Shown: positions 48,611 to 63,389 of the stretch, in pieces
Layout of the letters: each line of letters begins with the position of its first letter
How positions within the stretch are numbered: position 1 is the first letter of the stretch
NCBI GenBank assembly: GCA_963737905.1
Contig: CAVTUQ010000027.1
Span: forward strand, 32,001 to 96,000
DNA from: an uncultured delta proteobacterium
GTDB lineage: Bacteria; Desulfobacterota; Binatia; UBA9968
DNA length: 64,000 bases
Reading direction: 5' to 3'
Made by a program: the position numbers and the translations under genes
The notes under the pieces: generated by a model
What the model saw: the letters and a program-made list of their open reading frames with translations, nothing else
Database searches by the model: none
Told to the model about the DNA's origin: nothing

Positions 48611-48690
48611 GAGCATAGAATGGACTCAGCTTCGATTGACCTTCAGCGGGCGACCCTTCGTGCGGCAATCCCAAAGAAAAGGAAAGCCTC

Positions 48691-50235
48691 TTGAGGACAA
48701 AGCAACCCGTGATTCTAGTGATCTTGGACGGATGGGGAATCAATCCAAGAAAAGAGGGTAATGCCATTGCTCAGGCTTCGATTCCGAACATCGATAAGTT
48801 GACTCGGGAGTTTCCGGTGTCGAGTCTCTCTATGTCTGGAGTGGATGTCGGTTTGCCTGAAGGCCAAATGGGAAATTCCGAAGTCGGCCACATGATCCTC
48901 GGCGCGGGACGCATCGTCTACCAAGATCTCACGCTTATTCACAAAGACATTGATAAAGGCACTTTCTATAGCAATAGGAATCTCCTGGATGCCCTGAGAA
49001 AGACGCGGGATAAGACTGGCCGGCTTCACTTGATGGGTCTATTGGGGGATGGCGGCGTGCACAGCCATCAGCGTCACATGGAAGCATTGATTGAGATGGC
49101 GCGGCGCGAAAAGGTCGGGACCGTTTTTCTCCATCTCTTTCTGGACGGCCGGGATACTCCGCCGAACAGCGCTGAGCAGTTCGTGCTCGATCTCAACGAG
49201 AAGCTGAAGGCTTATCCGGAGGTTCGGATTGCCACGGTGAGCGGGCGATACTATGCCATGGATCGCGACAAACGATGGGACAGAACCGAGAAAGCGTACC
49301 TTTGCTTGACCGAGGGGTCCGGAAACAAAGCGAATTCGGCGTTGGAGGCGATTCGCGAAAGTTACGAGCAAAAAGTCACGGATGAGTTTGTTTTACCGAC
49401 CGTCATCAGCGGTGGGGCGCCGGAGGGCTTGATCCGTGACGGCGACGGGGTGATCTTCTTCAATTTTAGGGCCGACCGGGCGCGGCAGTTGACCCGCGCC
49501 CTGACGGAAGAGGATTTCACAGAGTTTCCGCGCAAGCGACGCGTGGTGCTTTCTGCGTTTGCAACGATGACGCAATACGACGAAACCTTCAAAGTGCCGG
49601 TCGCCTATCCGCCCAGGGAAATCAAAAAGATTCTTGGGGAACTCGCGAGTCAAGCGGGGATCCGCCAGCTACGTGTCGCGGAGACGGAAAAGTACGCGCA
49701 TGTGACGTACTTTTTTAACGGGGGCGAAGAGAGTAAATTCCCAGGTGAAGAGCGCATTCTGATCCCTTCACCCAAAGATGTCGCTACCTATGATCTGAAG
49801 CCCGAGATGAGCGCTCGCAAAGTGACGGAGGCCCTGATCGAGCAATTGCGCGAACACGATATCGGCTTGGTCGTTGCCAACTATGCGAATGCCGACATGG
49901 TGGGTCATACCGGGAACTTTGAGGCCGCGGTGAAAGCTTGCGAAGTCATCGACGAGTGCCTCGGCAGAGTGGTGGACGCTGCGATGGGCAAGAAGGGTAA
50001 AATGATCATCACGGCGGACCACGGCAACATCGAGCAGCTCATCGACTACGATACGGGCATGCCGCACACGGCCCATACCACCAACCGGGTGCCGCTGATT
50101 TTGGTCGATGAAGAGCGGAAAAAGAGCCGCCTGAACAAAGGAACCGCCATCGATGTTGCGCCCACAGTTTTACAGCTTCTCGAATTGCCTCAACCCGAGG
50201 AGATGACCGGTCACTCATTGGTCGTCGATTCCTAA
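48691..50235 (+). CDS. gpmI: 2,3-BPG-independent phosphoglycerate mutase
   Basis: MGNSEVGH, GRYYAMDRD, ADMVGHTG. Confidence 0.96.
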   Translation: MRTKQPVILVILDGWGINPRKEGNAIAQASIPNIDKLTREFPVSSLSMSGVDVGLPEGQMGNSEVGHMILGAGRIVYQDLTLIHKDIDKGTFYSNRNLLDALRKTRDKTGRLHLMGLLGDGGVHSHQRHMEALIEMARREKVGTVFLHLFLDGRDTPPNSAEQFVLDLNEKLKAYPEVRIATVSGRYYAMDRDKRWDRTEKAYLCLTEGSGNKANSALEAIRESYEQKVTDEFVLPTVISGGAPEGLIRDGDGVIFFNFRADRARQLTRALTEEDFTEFPRKRRVVLSAFATMTQYDETFKVPVAYPPREIKKILGELASQAGIRQLRVAETEKYAHVTYFFNGGEESKFPGEERILIPSPKDVATYDLKPEMSARKVTEALIEQLREHDIGLVVANYANADMVGHTGNFEAAVKACEVIDECLGRVVDAAMGKKGKMIITADHGNIEQLIDYDTGMPHTAHTTNRVPLILVDEERKKSRLNKGTAIDVAPTVLQLLELPQPEEMTGHSLVVDS

Positions 50236-50333
50236 CCGGGACGTGGCTGTCCTCCTCTCCGATTAGCATCCGCGTTGGCCTTTATCGCCTTCTTCTGTTT
50301 ACCTTCACTGATCTGGTAAGATCGGATGGCTCT

Positions 50334-51098
50334 ATGGATCTGGCGCTACAACCCACGCTCACAGATCGTTTTGATTGGCTGGTTGATTGGCTATATCCCC
50401 CGCGCTGCCGCGCCTGCGGCGGTAGAATTTACGGACGCGATGCTGAGTACTTGTGCGGCGAGTGTTGGCCTCAGATCCGCCTCGTTTCCCATCCATTGTG
50501 CAGCGTATGCGGCCGCCCGTTCTTCGACGCCAGCGGAGATGACCATCATTGTGCCGCCTGTTTGGCGCGACCGCCCTATTTCGTCCGCGCCCGAGCCTGG
50601 GGCTGCTATCCCAGAGACGAGATTGCCGAGCATCCACTCCGCCAGGTGGTGCAAAAGTTCAAATACGGCCGCAAAGTTTCTCTCGGTAAGCCATTGGGAC
50701 GGCTCATGGCGCAAGGTTGTCAGGAATTCTTAAAGGAGTGTCAGGCGGATTTGATTGTTCCTGTTCCTCTTCATCCTAAGCGGCTACGGTGGCGAGGATT
50801 CAATCAGTCTCTATTGCTAGCACGGCAGGTCAGTCGCTTATACAAGGTGCCCCTCGAGCCCTTTGTGTTATGCCGCGACAGAGAGACGGCTCCGCAGACT
50901 CTGCTCGCTGAAGACGACAGAAGGAAGAACGTTCGGGGCGCGTTCGCGGTGTATCCCGAGAAATCATTGAAAGAGCGAAAGGTGCTTCTGGTGGACGATG
51001 TTTATACCTCTGGTGCAACGGCGAATGAGTGCAGTCGCGCTTTGGTCCAAGGCGGGGCGACAGAGGTCTATGTAATCACGTTGGCGCGAACGGTTTAG
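50334..51098 (+). CDS. comF: ComF family protein (double zinc ribbon plus PRT domain)
   Basis: CxxC pairs, RGFNQS, LLVDDVYTSGAT. Confidence 0.9.
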   Translation: MDLALQPTLTDRFDWLVDWLYPPRCRACGGRIYGRDAEYLCGECWPQIRLVSHPLCSVCGRPFFDASGDDHHCAACLARPPYFVRARAWGCYPRDEIAEHPLRQVVQKFKYGRKVSLGKPLGRLMAQGCQEFLKECQADLIVPVPLHPKRLRWRGFNQSLLLARQVSRLYKVPLEPFVLCRDRETAPQTLLAEDDRRKNVRGAFAVYPEKSLKERKVLLVDDVYTSGATANECSRALVQGGATEVYVITLARTV

Positions 51099-51144
51099 AC
51101 GACCGCTTGGGCCCGCGCCCCGATCGCTCTTGGGAAAATCGACA

Positions 51145-51726
51145 ATGGCTTTGGATGATCGAGCAAGATGGGATGAAAAGCACGCGGCGGAACACGCGAC
51201 GCAAAAACCCTCGAGGTTCTTGAAGGAAATATTCGAAGCCGACTCGTGGCCGCTTCCAAAAGGCCGAGCCTTAGACATCGCCACCGGAAAGGGACGTAAT
51301 GCGATCTTTTTAGCGGAGCGCGGTTTTCAAGTGGTCGGGATCGATATCTCACCGGTTGCCCTGGAAACGGCGCGCCGAATTTCCCGGGAAAAATCCCTGG
51401 CCATCGACTGGCAAGAAGCGGATTTAGAGCGTTTCGATCTTCCCCAGGGGGATTATGACCTGGTTCTGAATCTTAATTATTTGCAGCGGTCTCTGGTGCC
51501 GCAAATCAAAAAGACCCTCAAGCCCGGTGGATGGGTAATCTTTGAGACCTATTTGACCGATCAATCGAAGATCGGTCATGTAACAAGCCCTGCCTATCTC
51601 CTTCTTCACAATGAGCTGCTGGACTTCTTCCGTGATTTTCGTGTTCTTTACTATCGCGAGGGAAAATTCCCACAATCGAGCGGGAGCGAGTTTCGCGCGG
51701 GGCTGTTGGCTCAGAAGGGGAGTTAG
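51145..51726 (+). CDS. Class I SAM-dependent methyltransferase (TehB-like)
   Basis: ALDIATGKGRNAIFLA. Confidence 0.87.
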   Translation: MALDDRARWDEKHAAEHATQKPSRFLKEIFEADSWPLPKGRALDIATGKGRNAIFLAERGFQVVGIDISPVALETARRISREKSLAIDWQEADLERFDLPQGDYDLVLNLNYLQRSLVPQIKKTLKPGGWVIFETYLTDQSKIGHVTSPAYLLLHNELLDFFRDFRVLYYREGKFPQSSGSEFRAGLLAQKGS

Positions 51727-51829
51727 AACGAGCTTCGATATTGTGCGCAGATGCCCTGTCGCGTCACCGATCTTAGCGTCTAAAACAAGCCCGCTTCAAG
51801 AATAGTTTTAGGTAGCAATAAATGTCCGG

Positions 51830-51881
51830 TTGCATATCTATCTAAATATCTATATATTGTGATGTCAAGGTATTTGAAATG
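51830..51881 (+). promoter_or_regulatory. Sigma70-like promoter overlapped by AT-rich imperfect palindromes (putative SahR operators)
   Basis: TTGCAT 51830, 17-bp spacer, TATATT 51853; CTATCTAAATATCTATATAT 51838-51857; ATGTCAAGGTATTTGAAAT from 51862. Confidence 0.55.
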
Positions 51882-52867
51882 GATTTCGTTCGTACCCTCA
51901 AGGCCCTGGCCGATCCGATACGGCTTCGCGTGTTAGCGGCCGTGGCGGAAGAAGAGTTGACGGTGGGCGAGGTACAGGAGGTTGTGGAGTCGGTACAGTC
52001 TTCGGTTTCCCGTAATCTCGCGATTCTCCGCGATGCGGGATTCGTGCAAGACCGAAAGGAAGGGACGAATGTCTACTTTTCTGTCCGGCAAGACATGCCC
52101 GAACCGGCAGGCGAATTGTTCAAGTCGTTGCAGGCGCGCATGGCTGAGTTGCCGGAGGCCAAAGGGGACCGGGCGCGTTTAGAAGACTGCCGCCGCCGTC
52201 GGTTGCACCGTTCGCAAGGCTATTTTGAATCGGTGGCCGGTGACTGGGAGCGCATTCGCAAGAGCTATTTTGACGATCGGGTCACCTCCCTCGCCATCGA
52301 AAAGCTGCTGCCGCGCAATCTTGTCCTTGCCGATATCGGCTGCGGGACCGGGAGCTTGACGGTGGAACTGGCGCGATTCGCCGAGAAGGTCATCGGCATC
52401 GATCTCTCCCAGGAAATGTTACGGCGAGCGCGAGATATCGCCAAAGAGAGACAGCTCCGTAACGTCGAGTTCCGCCGCGGCGACGCTCTGAAGCTGCCGT
52501 TGGAAGCGCGCAGCGTTGATGCGGCATTTTGTGTCATGGTGCTGCACTTTCTACCAGATCCGCAAGAAGCCGTCGCCGAGCTTTGTCGGATCACGCGCGG
52601 CGGCGGTTCCGTGATCGTCGTCGACCTGGTCCAACACAATCAAGAATGGATGCGCGAGCAGATGGCCCATCGTTGGCTGGGCTTCGAGAGGAATTCTCTG
52701 GAAGAGTGGTTCCGCGATGCCGGAGTCACTGAAATCACCTATGAGCTGACAGGGGCCTACGCCGGGGAGAAAATGGTCCGCAACGGCAATCGCCCGGTAG
52801 AGATCTTCGTCGCCCGGGCGCACTTACCGATGGGCGAGGGGACTCAACGAACGAGAAAAGCGAACAG

Positions 52868-52871
<4 letters not shown>
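51879..52871 (+). CDS. sahR: ArsR HTH plus SAM-binding methyltransferase-like regulator (SahR-like)
   Basis: [26 protein letters not shown]; overlaps the metH start. Confidence 0.8.
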
Positions 52872-56557
<3,686 letters not shown>

Positions 56558-56580
56558 CGAATGATTCAGTCTCAGCGCGG

Positions 56581-57567
56581 TCAAGGTACGGGAACCAGCT
56601 GATCCGTCGCTGAACGGGTATCTTCCTCCCAGAGTTGAAGTAATTTTTGACTAACCGGACCGGGCTTGCCGTCGCCGATAGGCTTACCATCCCACTGAAC
56701 CACAGGCGCAACCTTGATAGAGCTGCCGATCAACATCATTTCGGCGGCCTGCCGACCTTCACTGACCGAAACGTCCGCAAGACGGATTCCTTTGAGGTCA
56801 CCTTGTGCGACCAGACGCTCGGCGAGCTCGAGCATCCGCTGGATGGTGATTCCGGAAAGGATCGCGTCGAAGGTGGGATGGCGAAACACCCGGTCTTGCG
56901 TGACAAAGGCGACATTCATGTTGGAGCTCTCGGCGACCATGCCGCGCTGATCGATGAACACACCGTTGTCGGCGCCGTGATCCTTGGCTTCCAGCACGAC
57001 TAAAACATTGGGCAGATAATTGGTCGACTTGGTGCGCGCAAAAAGTGGCGGCTTGATGGGGATCTGACTCGTAACCACTTTGACGCCTTCGGTGTAATAG
57101 CTTGGCGGGTAGAATTCTTGTTTGAAGACGATGACGTAAAAGCTGCTGCCGATGCATTCCGCCGGCCCTAGGGCAAAGCCCCCGGGTCCCGCCGATAACC
57201 AGTAACGAACCGACCCGTCGCGCTTGCCGCTGGCGGCGGCGGTGTCCAAGATAATTTGTCGGAGCTCTTCTCTCGAGAACGGAAGCGCAATGCGCGCCAG
57301 CTCCGCGGAACGAAGCAATCGATCCAGGTGAGGATCTAATTGATAGAGCATCCCGTGGGTCAAGGTGGCGGTATCGAAGACAGCATGGCCCCGATGAACC
57401 ATATGATCATCTAGGGGCAAAACCATCAGCGCGGGATCCGTGACAATACCGCCGAGAACGCTGGAATACATCGAGTAAAAGTTAACCGCTTTGGAATGGA
57501 CGACTTGCCGGAGGTGAGCGATGGCCTCATCCGTCACGAAGATCCGTGTTTTCTTCGGGCTCGACAT
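56581..57567 (-). CDS. Class IV aminotransferase (D-amino-acid transaminase/ADC lyase-like)
   Basis: DDHMVHRGHAVFDT, KSTNYLPN, ILSGIT. Confidence 0.88.
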   Translation of the reverse strand: MSSPKKTRIFVTDEAIAHLRQVVHSKAVNFYSMYSSVLGGIVTDPALMVLPLDDHMVHRGHAVFDTATLTHGMLYQLDPHLDRLLRSAELARIALPFSREELRQIILDTAAASGKRDGSVRYWLSAGPGGFALGPAECIGSSFYVIVFKQEFYPPSYYTEGVKVVTSQIPIKPPLFARTKSTNYLPNVLVVLEAKDHGADNGVFIDQRGMVAESSNMNVAFVTQDRVFRHPTFDAILSGITIQRMLELAERLVAQGDLKGIRLADVSVSEGRQAAEMMLIGSSIKVAPVVQWDGKPIGDGKPGPVSQKLLQLWEEDTRSATDQLVPVP

Positions 57568-57618
57568 GCAGGGAGTGGGAGATCACATCAGAAAGACGAA
57601 TGATGGCGAGAAACAAAA

Positions 57619-58068
57619 TTAGCTGTCGAGTTCGGGTTTCGGAAGCGCAACAAAAGGAACGCCCTCTTCTGCAAGCTCAGCTGTTTCCTTAGGAGTTGCC
57701 GTGCCGTGGATGGGGCGTTCTTCCGCCTTACCGTGATGAATCTCCCGCGCCTCTTCGGCAAAGCGAGAACCTACGTCTTCAAAATTTTGCTTGATGTAAT
57801 GATGCACCTGGAGCAGCATTTCTTTAAACTCAGCGGGTGAGGGTGGTGTCGGAGGCGTCGCCGCCGGCTGCTCGAGCTTTTTCGGCGGAGCCGGCTGTTC
57901 TTTCTTCACATGGACGGCGCAGGCATGAGGCATCTTTTCTACTCGCTTGCTGCCGCATGTCGGGCAAGAAATCAGCTTTTTTTCGGCCTGTTTCTGGAAG
58001 TCTTCGAAGCTCGGAAACCAGCCTTCAAATTGATGCTTTTTCTTGCAGATAAGGTTGTAGACGACCAT
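57619..58068 (-). CDS. DUF1178 family protein
   Basis: HQFEGWF, CPTCGS, EDVGSRFAEEAREIH. Confidence 0.88.
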   Translation of the reverse strand: MVVYNLICKKKHQFEGWFPSFEDFQKQAEKKLISCPTCGSKRVEKMPHACAVHVKKEQPAPPKKLEQPAATPPTPPSPAEFKEMLLQVHHYIKQNFEDVGSRFAEEAREIHHGKAEERPIHGTATPKETAELAEEGVPFVALPKPELDS

Positions 58069-58239
58069 ACGATCCTGCAAGGTATGAATAATTTTGTTTT
58101 GGTAGGTTGTCAAGGGAGTAGGGATCTTGCGGGCAGCGGCCGAACAACGATATCCAGGACCGCAAACCGTGCTATGGCGGATTTATCTGTGTTTCCGGTA
58201 GTTTGACGAGGCGCGACGGCGTGCTAAGATCGCTTATCG

Positions 58240-59400
58240 ATGAGCCATGAATTTGCCATAAAGATCGTGCGCAAGGTTTGTGCGGTTCCACGCGAGACCT
58301 GGGATGCTCTGTTGGGCTCTGGATCGCCCTTTATGAAATGGGACTGGTTGGACAGCTTCGAGCAAACCGGTTGCGTCAACGAAGAGACCGGCTGGCTGCC
58401 GCACCATTTGGTAGTTGAGAAGGGCGGCAAGATTGTCGCTGTCTGCCCGTTGTATCTCAAACTGCACAGCATGGGAGAATTTATTTTTGACTGGGAATGG
58501 GCGGAGGCGGCCCACCGCGTCGGTATCCAATACTATCCCAAGATGTTGGTGGGCGTGCCGTTCACGCCCGTCACCGGCCCGCGCTTTCTCACGGCGCAGG
58601 ATGAAGACCGGAAGTCTCTGATCCGCCTCATGGGTCAAGCGCTCGCAAAGGTGGCCGCGGACAACAAGATATCTTCAGTTCATGTGAACTTTTGCTTGGT
58701 CGAGGAGAGGGAGGCTCTGGAAGAGGTCGGGTTTTTTGCCAGAGCCGGTCTTCAATTTCACTGGCAGAATCAGAATTTTCACACATTCGACGACTATCTA
58801 GGTAGTTTCCGCAGTGATCGTCGTAATAAAATTAAACGGGAGCGACGGGAAGTCGCTCAACGAGGAATCACCATCCGGGCCTTCGAAGGGGACGATCTCA
58901 CGCGAACCCAAATGCGCACTATGTTTCGCCTCTACAAAGGCCATGTCGATCGCCACTACTACGGCCGCCAATATCTCACGGCGGAGTTTTTTGATGAGAT
59001 TCACCGCCGGTTTGCGACGCATGTTTGTCTGATGCTGGCGGAGCGAGATGGAAAAGTCATCGCCGGGACGTTCAACGTGCGTGACGACACCGCGATGTAT
59101 GGCCGCTATTGGGGCGCCTTCGAAGAGCAACCTTTTTTGCATTTCAACGTCTGCTATTATTCCGCCATCGAACATTGCGTACGGTTGGGCTTGGAGCGTT
59201 TCGAAGCCGGCGCCGGCGGCAGCTTCAAGCAGCTTCGGGGACTGGACCCGGCACCGACTGGCAGCGTCCACTACATCGTCGAGGGAAAGTTCCGGCGCGC
59301 GGTGGAGCGATTCCTACAACAGGAACGGGAGCTGATCCGTCAGAAGCAGGACATGCTGCTGGACGGAAGCCAGCTAAAACGCACCATTCAGGAACCCTAG
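58240..59400 (+). CDS. FemAB-like/GNAT protein (DUF482)
   Basis: HSMGEFIFDWEWA, YYPK..PFTPVTG, YGRYWG. Confidence 0.9.
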   Translation: MSHEFAIKIVRKVCAVPRETWDALLGSGSPFMKWDWLDSFEQTGCVNEETGWLPHHLVVEKGGKIVAVCPLYLKLHSMGEFIFDWEWAEAAHRVGIQYYPKMLVGVPFTPVTGPRFLTAQDEDRKSLIRLMGQALAKVAADNKISSVHVNFCLVEEREALEEVGFFARAGLQFHWQNQNFHTFDDYLGSFRSDRRNKIKRERREVAQRGITIRAFEGDDLTRTQMRTMFRLYKGHVDRHYYGRQYLTAEFFDEIHRRFATHVCLMLAERDGKVIAGTFNVRDDTAMYGRYWGAFEEQPFLHFNVCYYSAIEHCVRLGLERFEAGAGGSFKQLRGLDPAPTGSVHYIVEGKFRRAVERFLQQERELIRQKQDMLLDGSQLKRTIQEP

Positions 59401-59408
59401 CCCCGGAT

Positions 59409-59483
59409 GTTCAAGGTTCAACGTTCCAGGTTCAATGTTTCAATTCGTTTCGGACTTTGAACATTGAACTTTGAACCTTGAAC
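59409..59483. repeat. Inverted 7-mer array (GTTCAAn x4 / TTGAAC x4)
   Basis: Units at 59409, 59416, 59423, 59430 and 59457, 59464, 59471, 59478. Confidence 0.85.
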
Positions 59484-59615
59484 TCAAAACCCCACACTCA
59501 CTACGGAGGGCTCGTTCCTCCAGTGTTGTCACGAGTGAATAAGCTCTTGCAGCGCTTGCCCCATTCCTTGACAGCTTCATAGCTTTCTTCTAACGTCGCC
59601 TGCGGAGTCAAAGTC

Positions 59616-60392
59616 GTGAAACCCGCCGTGAAGAACGTTGTCGAGCCGGTGATCTTTTTCGCCGTGCTCTTGATTCTGTGGGAGATCTTGGTCGAGCTGA
59701 TCAAAGTTCCCTCTTTTATCTTGCCGCCGCCGGGAGACTTGTGGACGTCCTTCATAAAGAAGCTGCCGATCCTGGGCAATCACTCCCTGATTACATTCGT
59801 CGAAGCGGTGGGTGGATTTACTCTCTCTTTGGTTCTCGGGGTGACATTCGCCATTGCCGTGGTCTACTCGCGCCATCTCCAGAATACGCTTTACCCTCTC
59901 ATCGTCATTCTCTACGCCATGCCGAAGAGCGCCTTTGCGCCGCTCATGGTAATCTGGGTGGGTTACGGGCTTACTTCCAAGATTGCGATTGCTTTCCTGG
60001 TGGCCTTCTTTCCTATCGTCGTGAATACCGTCGTGGGACTTAAGGAAGTGGAGCCAGAGCTTCTGGACTTGGCGCGAATCAACCGCGGATCGCAGTTCGA
60101 TATCTTCAAAAAGATTCGGCTCCCTAATTCGATACCCTTCATGTTCGCCGGGATCAAAGTCGCGATCGTTCTTTCCGTCACGGGCGCCATCGTGGCGGAA
60201 TTTGTTGCCGCCAACGAAGGGCTGGGCTATCTGGTGCTGCAGGCGAACTATAGCCTGGATACGGCCTTTGCCCTGGTGGTCCTGCTTATTTTGGCCGTTC
60301 TGTCATTAGGTCTTTTTTGGTTGGTCGAGATCGTGCAAAGAAAAATCGCTCCCTGGAGCGCTGAAGTTCGTCAAGTAGAAGGCTCGTTCTAA
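59616..60392 (+). CDS. NitT/TauT ABC permease
   Basis: PKSAFAPL, AFFPIVVNT, AEFV. Confidence 0.9.
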   Translation: MKPAVKNVVEPVIFFAVLLILWEILVELIKVPSFILPPPGDLWTSFIKKLPILGNHSLITFVEAVGGFTLSLVLGVTFAIAVVYSRHLQNTLYPLIVILYAMPKSAFAPLMVIWVGYGLTSKIAIAFLVAFFPIVVNTVVGLKEVEPELLDLARINRGSQFDIFKKIRLPNSIPFMFAGIKVAIVLSVTGAIVAEFVAANEGLGYLVLQANYSLDTAFALVVLLILAVLSLGLFWLVEIVQRKIAPWSAEVRQVEGSF

Positions 60393-60406
60393 AAATATTA
60401 CGGAGG

Positions 60407-61435
60407 ATGATGATGGCATTACTGAAGAAGCATTTTTCCCTCTGGTCTCCGGCGATCATGGCAGCCGTAGTCGTTGCGCTGATTTCTTTTACTTCCGCTG
60501 GTTCCAACGCCGCCGAGACCAAATCCGGTACCATCCGTCTTGATTTTATCATCGGGGGAAAACATGCCCCCTGGTTCGTGGCCCTGGAAAAGGGCTTTTA
60601 CGCAAAACGAGGCCTGACAGCGACGATTCAGGCGGGCAGTGGGTCTGCGGACACAGTGCGGGCCATCGCCGCGGGACTCGCCGACTTCGGATTCGCAGAC
60701 ATCTCGACTGCGATTGTGGCTCGATCGCGCGGAACGCCAGTGCAGATAGTGGCACAGTTCGGATATGTTCCCGCGACCATCATGTGGCGCGAGGATACGG
60801 CGATCAAAAAGCTGAAAGATCTGGAAGGCAAGTCTTGGGCGATCAGTCCGGGGCAGGCGCAGTGGTACTTGATGCCGGCCTACTGCCGGATCAACAAGAT
60901 CGATTTCAAATCCATCAAGATCCAAGAAACCGCGGCGCCGATTCAACCTGCGGCGCTCGTGGCGAAGAAGACTGATTTTATCGTCATGTACCGCGCCTCA
61001 AACGATGAGGTGGCGGAGTTGGCAGCCACCAAACAAGGAATGAAATTGAACAGGATCTTCATGAAAGACACGGGGCTCGATATCTATGGTACCGGCTTGA
61101 TTGTGAAAGATGAGGACGTCAAGCTGCGCCCGCAGTTGGTCCAGGCGTATGTTGAAGGGACGATGGAGGGACTTCGCTATACGCGAGATCATCAGGAAGA
61201 AGCCCTGCAGATCTTGCTCAAACGCAAACCCGAGCTGGACCTGGCTTTGACGACCCTGCAGCTTAAGAATGCGCTCTACGAGGTGTTCATTCCGCCGGAG
61301 TCCGTGCAGTCAGGCCTGGGCTTCATGAAACCAAATATTATGGATAAAACGGTTCGCATTACCAACGAGTATTTCGATATGGGGCGAAAGGTGACGGCGG
61401 CGGAGGTTTTTACCAACCGATTCGTCAAGCCGTAA
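60407..61435 (+). CDS. NMT1/THI5-like ABC binding protein
   Basis: Signal peptide, HAPWFVALEKGFY, GSGSAD. Confidence 0.88.
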   Translation: MMMALLKKHFSLWSPAIMAAVVVALISFTSAGSNAAETKSGTIRLDFIIGGKHAPWFVALEKGFYAKRGLTATIQAGSGSADTVRAIAAGLADFGFADISTAIVARSRGTPVQIVAQFGYVPATIMWREDTAIKKLKDLEGKSWAISPGQAQWYLMPAYCRINKIDFKSIKIQETAAPIQPAALVAKKTDFIVMYRASNDEVAELAATKQGMKLNRIFMKDTGLDIYGTGLIVKDEDVKLRPQLVQAYVEGTMEGLRYTRDHQEEALQILLKRKPELDLALTTLQLKNALYEVFIPPESVQSGLGFMKPNIMDKTVRITNEYFDMGRKVTAAEVFTNRFVKP

Positions 61436-61465
61436 ACCGAAAGAGAAGAGTTCCGAGACCTCGAC

Positions 61466-62257
61466 GTGCCGCTCATCGCGCTTCAGAACGTTTCAAGAGT
61501 CTTTACGAGCGACACGAAGACCGTTCCTGCCCTCGAAAAAGTGTCCTTTGAGATCCAGACAGGCGATTTTGTTTCCCTGGTGGGTCCCAGCGGTTGCGGC
61601 AAGAGCACGCTGCTCAAAATCGTTTCAGGGCTGCTTCCGGCTTCCTCCGGAAGCGTTGCCGTAAGTGACAACCCGGTGGATGGGCCGCTGGAAAATGTCG
61701 GCATGGTCTTTCAATCGCCGGTCCTCTTAAAGTGGCGGCCGGTTTTGGGCAACGTTCTTTTACCGGTGGAATTTGCGAAATTGGACGTTTCGAGCCATGT
61801 CGAACGTGCTCGCTCGTTACTCAAGTTGGTCGGCCTGGCGGGGTTCGAAGAGATGTATCCCCATCAGCTTTCCGGCGGCATGCAGCAGCGAGTTTCCCTT
61901 TGCCGCGCTTTGGTGACGGACCCGCAACTGCTCCTCATGGATGAGCCTTTCGGAGCGCTCGACGCCATGACGCGCGACGAGTTGGACATCGAGTTGCTGC
62001 GAATCTGGCAAGAGAGAAAGAAGACCGTCCTCTTCGTGACCCACAGTATTCAGGAAGCGGTGTTTCTCTCAGACCACGTCATCGTGATGTCATCCCGGCC
62101 GGGCAGGCTTTTGGCGCAGATCTCGATCAAATTGCCACGGCCGAGAACGATGGAGATGATGAGCACAACGCAATTTGGTGAATATTCCTTCAAAATACGC
62201 AGCCTGCTTCAAGGGGTCGATGGTATTCCTGCCGCTGTGCCGGGTTCCACCGCGTGA
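61466..62257 (+). CDS. NitT/TauT ABC ATPase
   Basis: GPSGCGKST, LSGGMQQR, DEPFGALDA. Confidence 0.92.
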   Translation: MPLIALQNVSRVFTSDTKTVPALEKVSFEIQTGDFVSLVGPSGCGKSTLLKIVSGLLPASSGSVAVSDNPVDGPLENVGMVFQSPVLLKWRPVLGNVLLPVEFAKLDVSSHVERARSLLKLVGLAGFEEMYPHQLSGGMQQRVSLCRALVTDPQLLLMDEPFGALDAMTRDELDIELLRIWQERKKTVLFVTHSIQEAVFLSDHVIVMSSRPGRLLAQISIKLPRPRTMEMMSTTQFGEYSFKIRSLLQGVDGIPAAVPGSTA

Positions 62258-62334
62258 ATTTGTTTCCTTCGCGGGCTATAATACGGGCAATTTCAATTTC
62301 CATTCACTAAGACTCGCAAACATTCACCTTTCGC

Positions 62335-63379
62335 ATGGCACTATCCAGAGAAATGACCTACGCCAAGGCAGGCGTAAATATCGCAGCAGGCGATGAACTG
62401 GTGCGCCGCATCGGTCGGATCGCGTCGAGAACCAAGCGATCGGGAGTGCTTGCAGGTGTCGGAGGATTCAGCGCGCTCTTCGATCTAAAAGGGCGAGGCT
62501 TTCGCCAGCCGGTGCTGGTTTCTTCCACCGACGGCGTTGGAACCAAACTCAAAGTGGCATTCATGATGAAGAAACACGATACCGTTGGCATTGATCTTGT
62601 GGCCATGGGCGTGAATGATATCATCACTCAAAGCGCCGAGCCGCTTTTTTTCTTGGACTACTTTGTTTGCGGCAGGCTTGACGTCGATGTCGCTGAAGCT
62701 AGTCATCGAGGGCATTGCGGCGGGCTGTCGTCAGGCAGGCTGTGTATTGATCGGGGGCGAGACTGCTGAGCATCCCGGTGATTTTCCCGGCGGTGAATAT
62801 GATCTGGCTGGTTTTGTAGTTGGAGTCGTCGAAAGGAAGAATATTCTTAACCCCAAGTCGATTGTGCCGGGAGATGTTCTGATCGGGCTTCCGTCCAGTG
62901 GTCTTCATAGCAACGGTTATTCGTTGGCGCGAAAGGTCTTGCTTGAGGCGGGTCGGCTGAAACTGCATCAACGGATGCCCGAGCTAGGGAGGAGTTTGGG
63001 GGAGGAGTTGTTGGAGCCGACACGGATTTACGTGAAGATGACTCGGGATCTGTTCGCAAAACATTCGATCAAAGGCGCAGCCCATATCACGGGCGGAGGT
63101 ATCCCGGGCAACCTGCCGAGGATTTTGCCTGAGGGCCGTCGAGCCTGGATCAGCCGGCAACGTTGGCCCGTTCCGCCGGTGTTCGATTTGATCCAAAAGA
63201 TCGGCCGCGTTTCACGAGACGAGATGGACCGGACCTTCAATAACGGCCTGGGCATGATCCTGGTTGTCGGCAGGCAGCAGGTGGACGGTGTTATCTCGAT
63301 GCTTAAGAAAATGCGCGAGCGGCACTTTATAGTTGGAGAGATCAAAAAAGGCAGCCGGGGGGTTACTTTTGTTTCCTGA
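62335..63379 (+). CDS. purM: Phosphoribosylformylglycinamidine cyclo-ligase, frameshift near 62700
   Basis: TDGVGTKL and EPLFFLDY, then GGETAEHPG and [10 protein letters not shown] in the next frame. Confidence 0.93.
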
Positions 63380-63389
63380 GGGACAAGCC

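Noticed and set aside
62615-62769. Programmed frameshift or pseudogene in purM
   Set aside because: No slippery sequence or known precedent; most simply a sequencing indel
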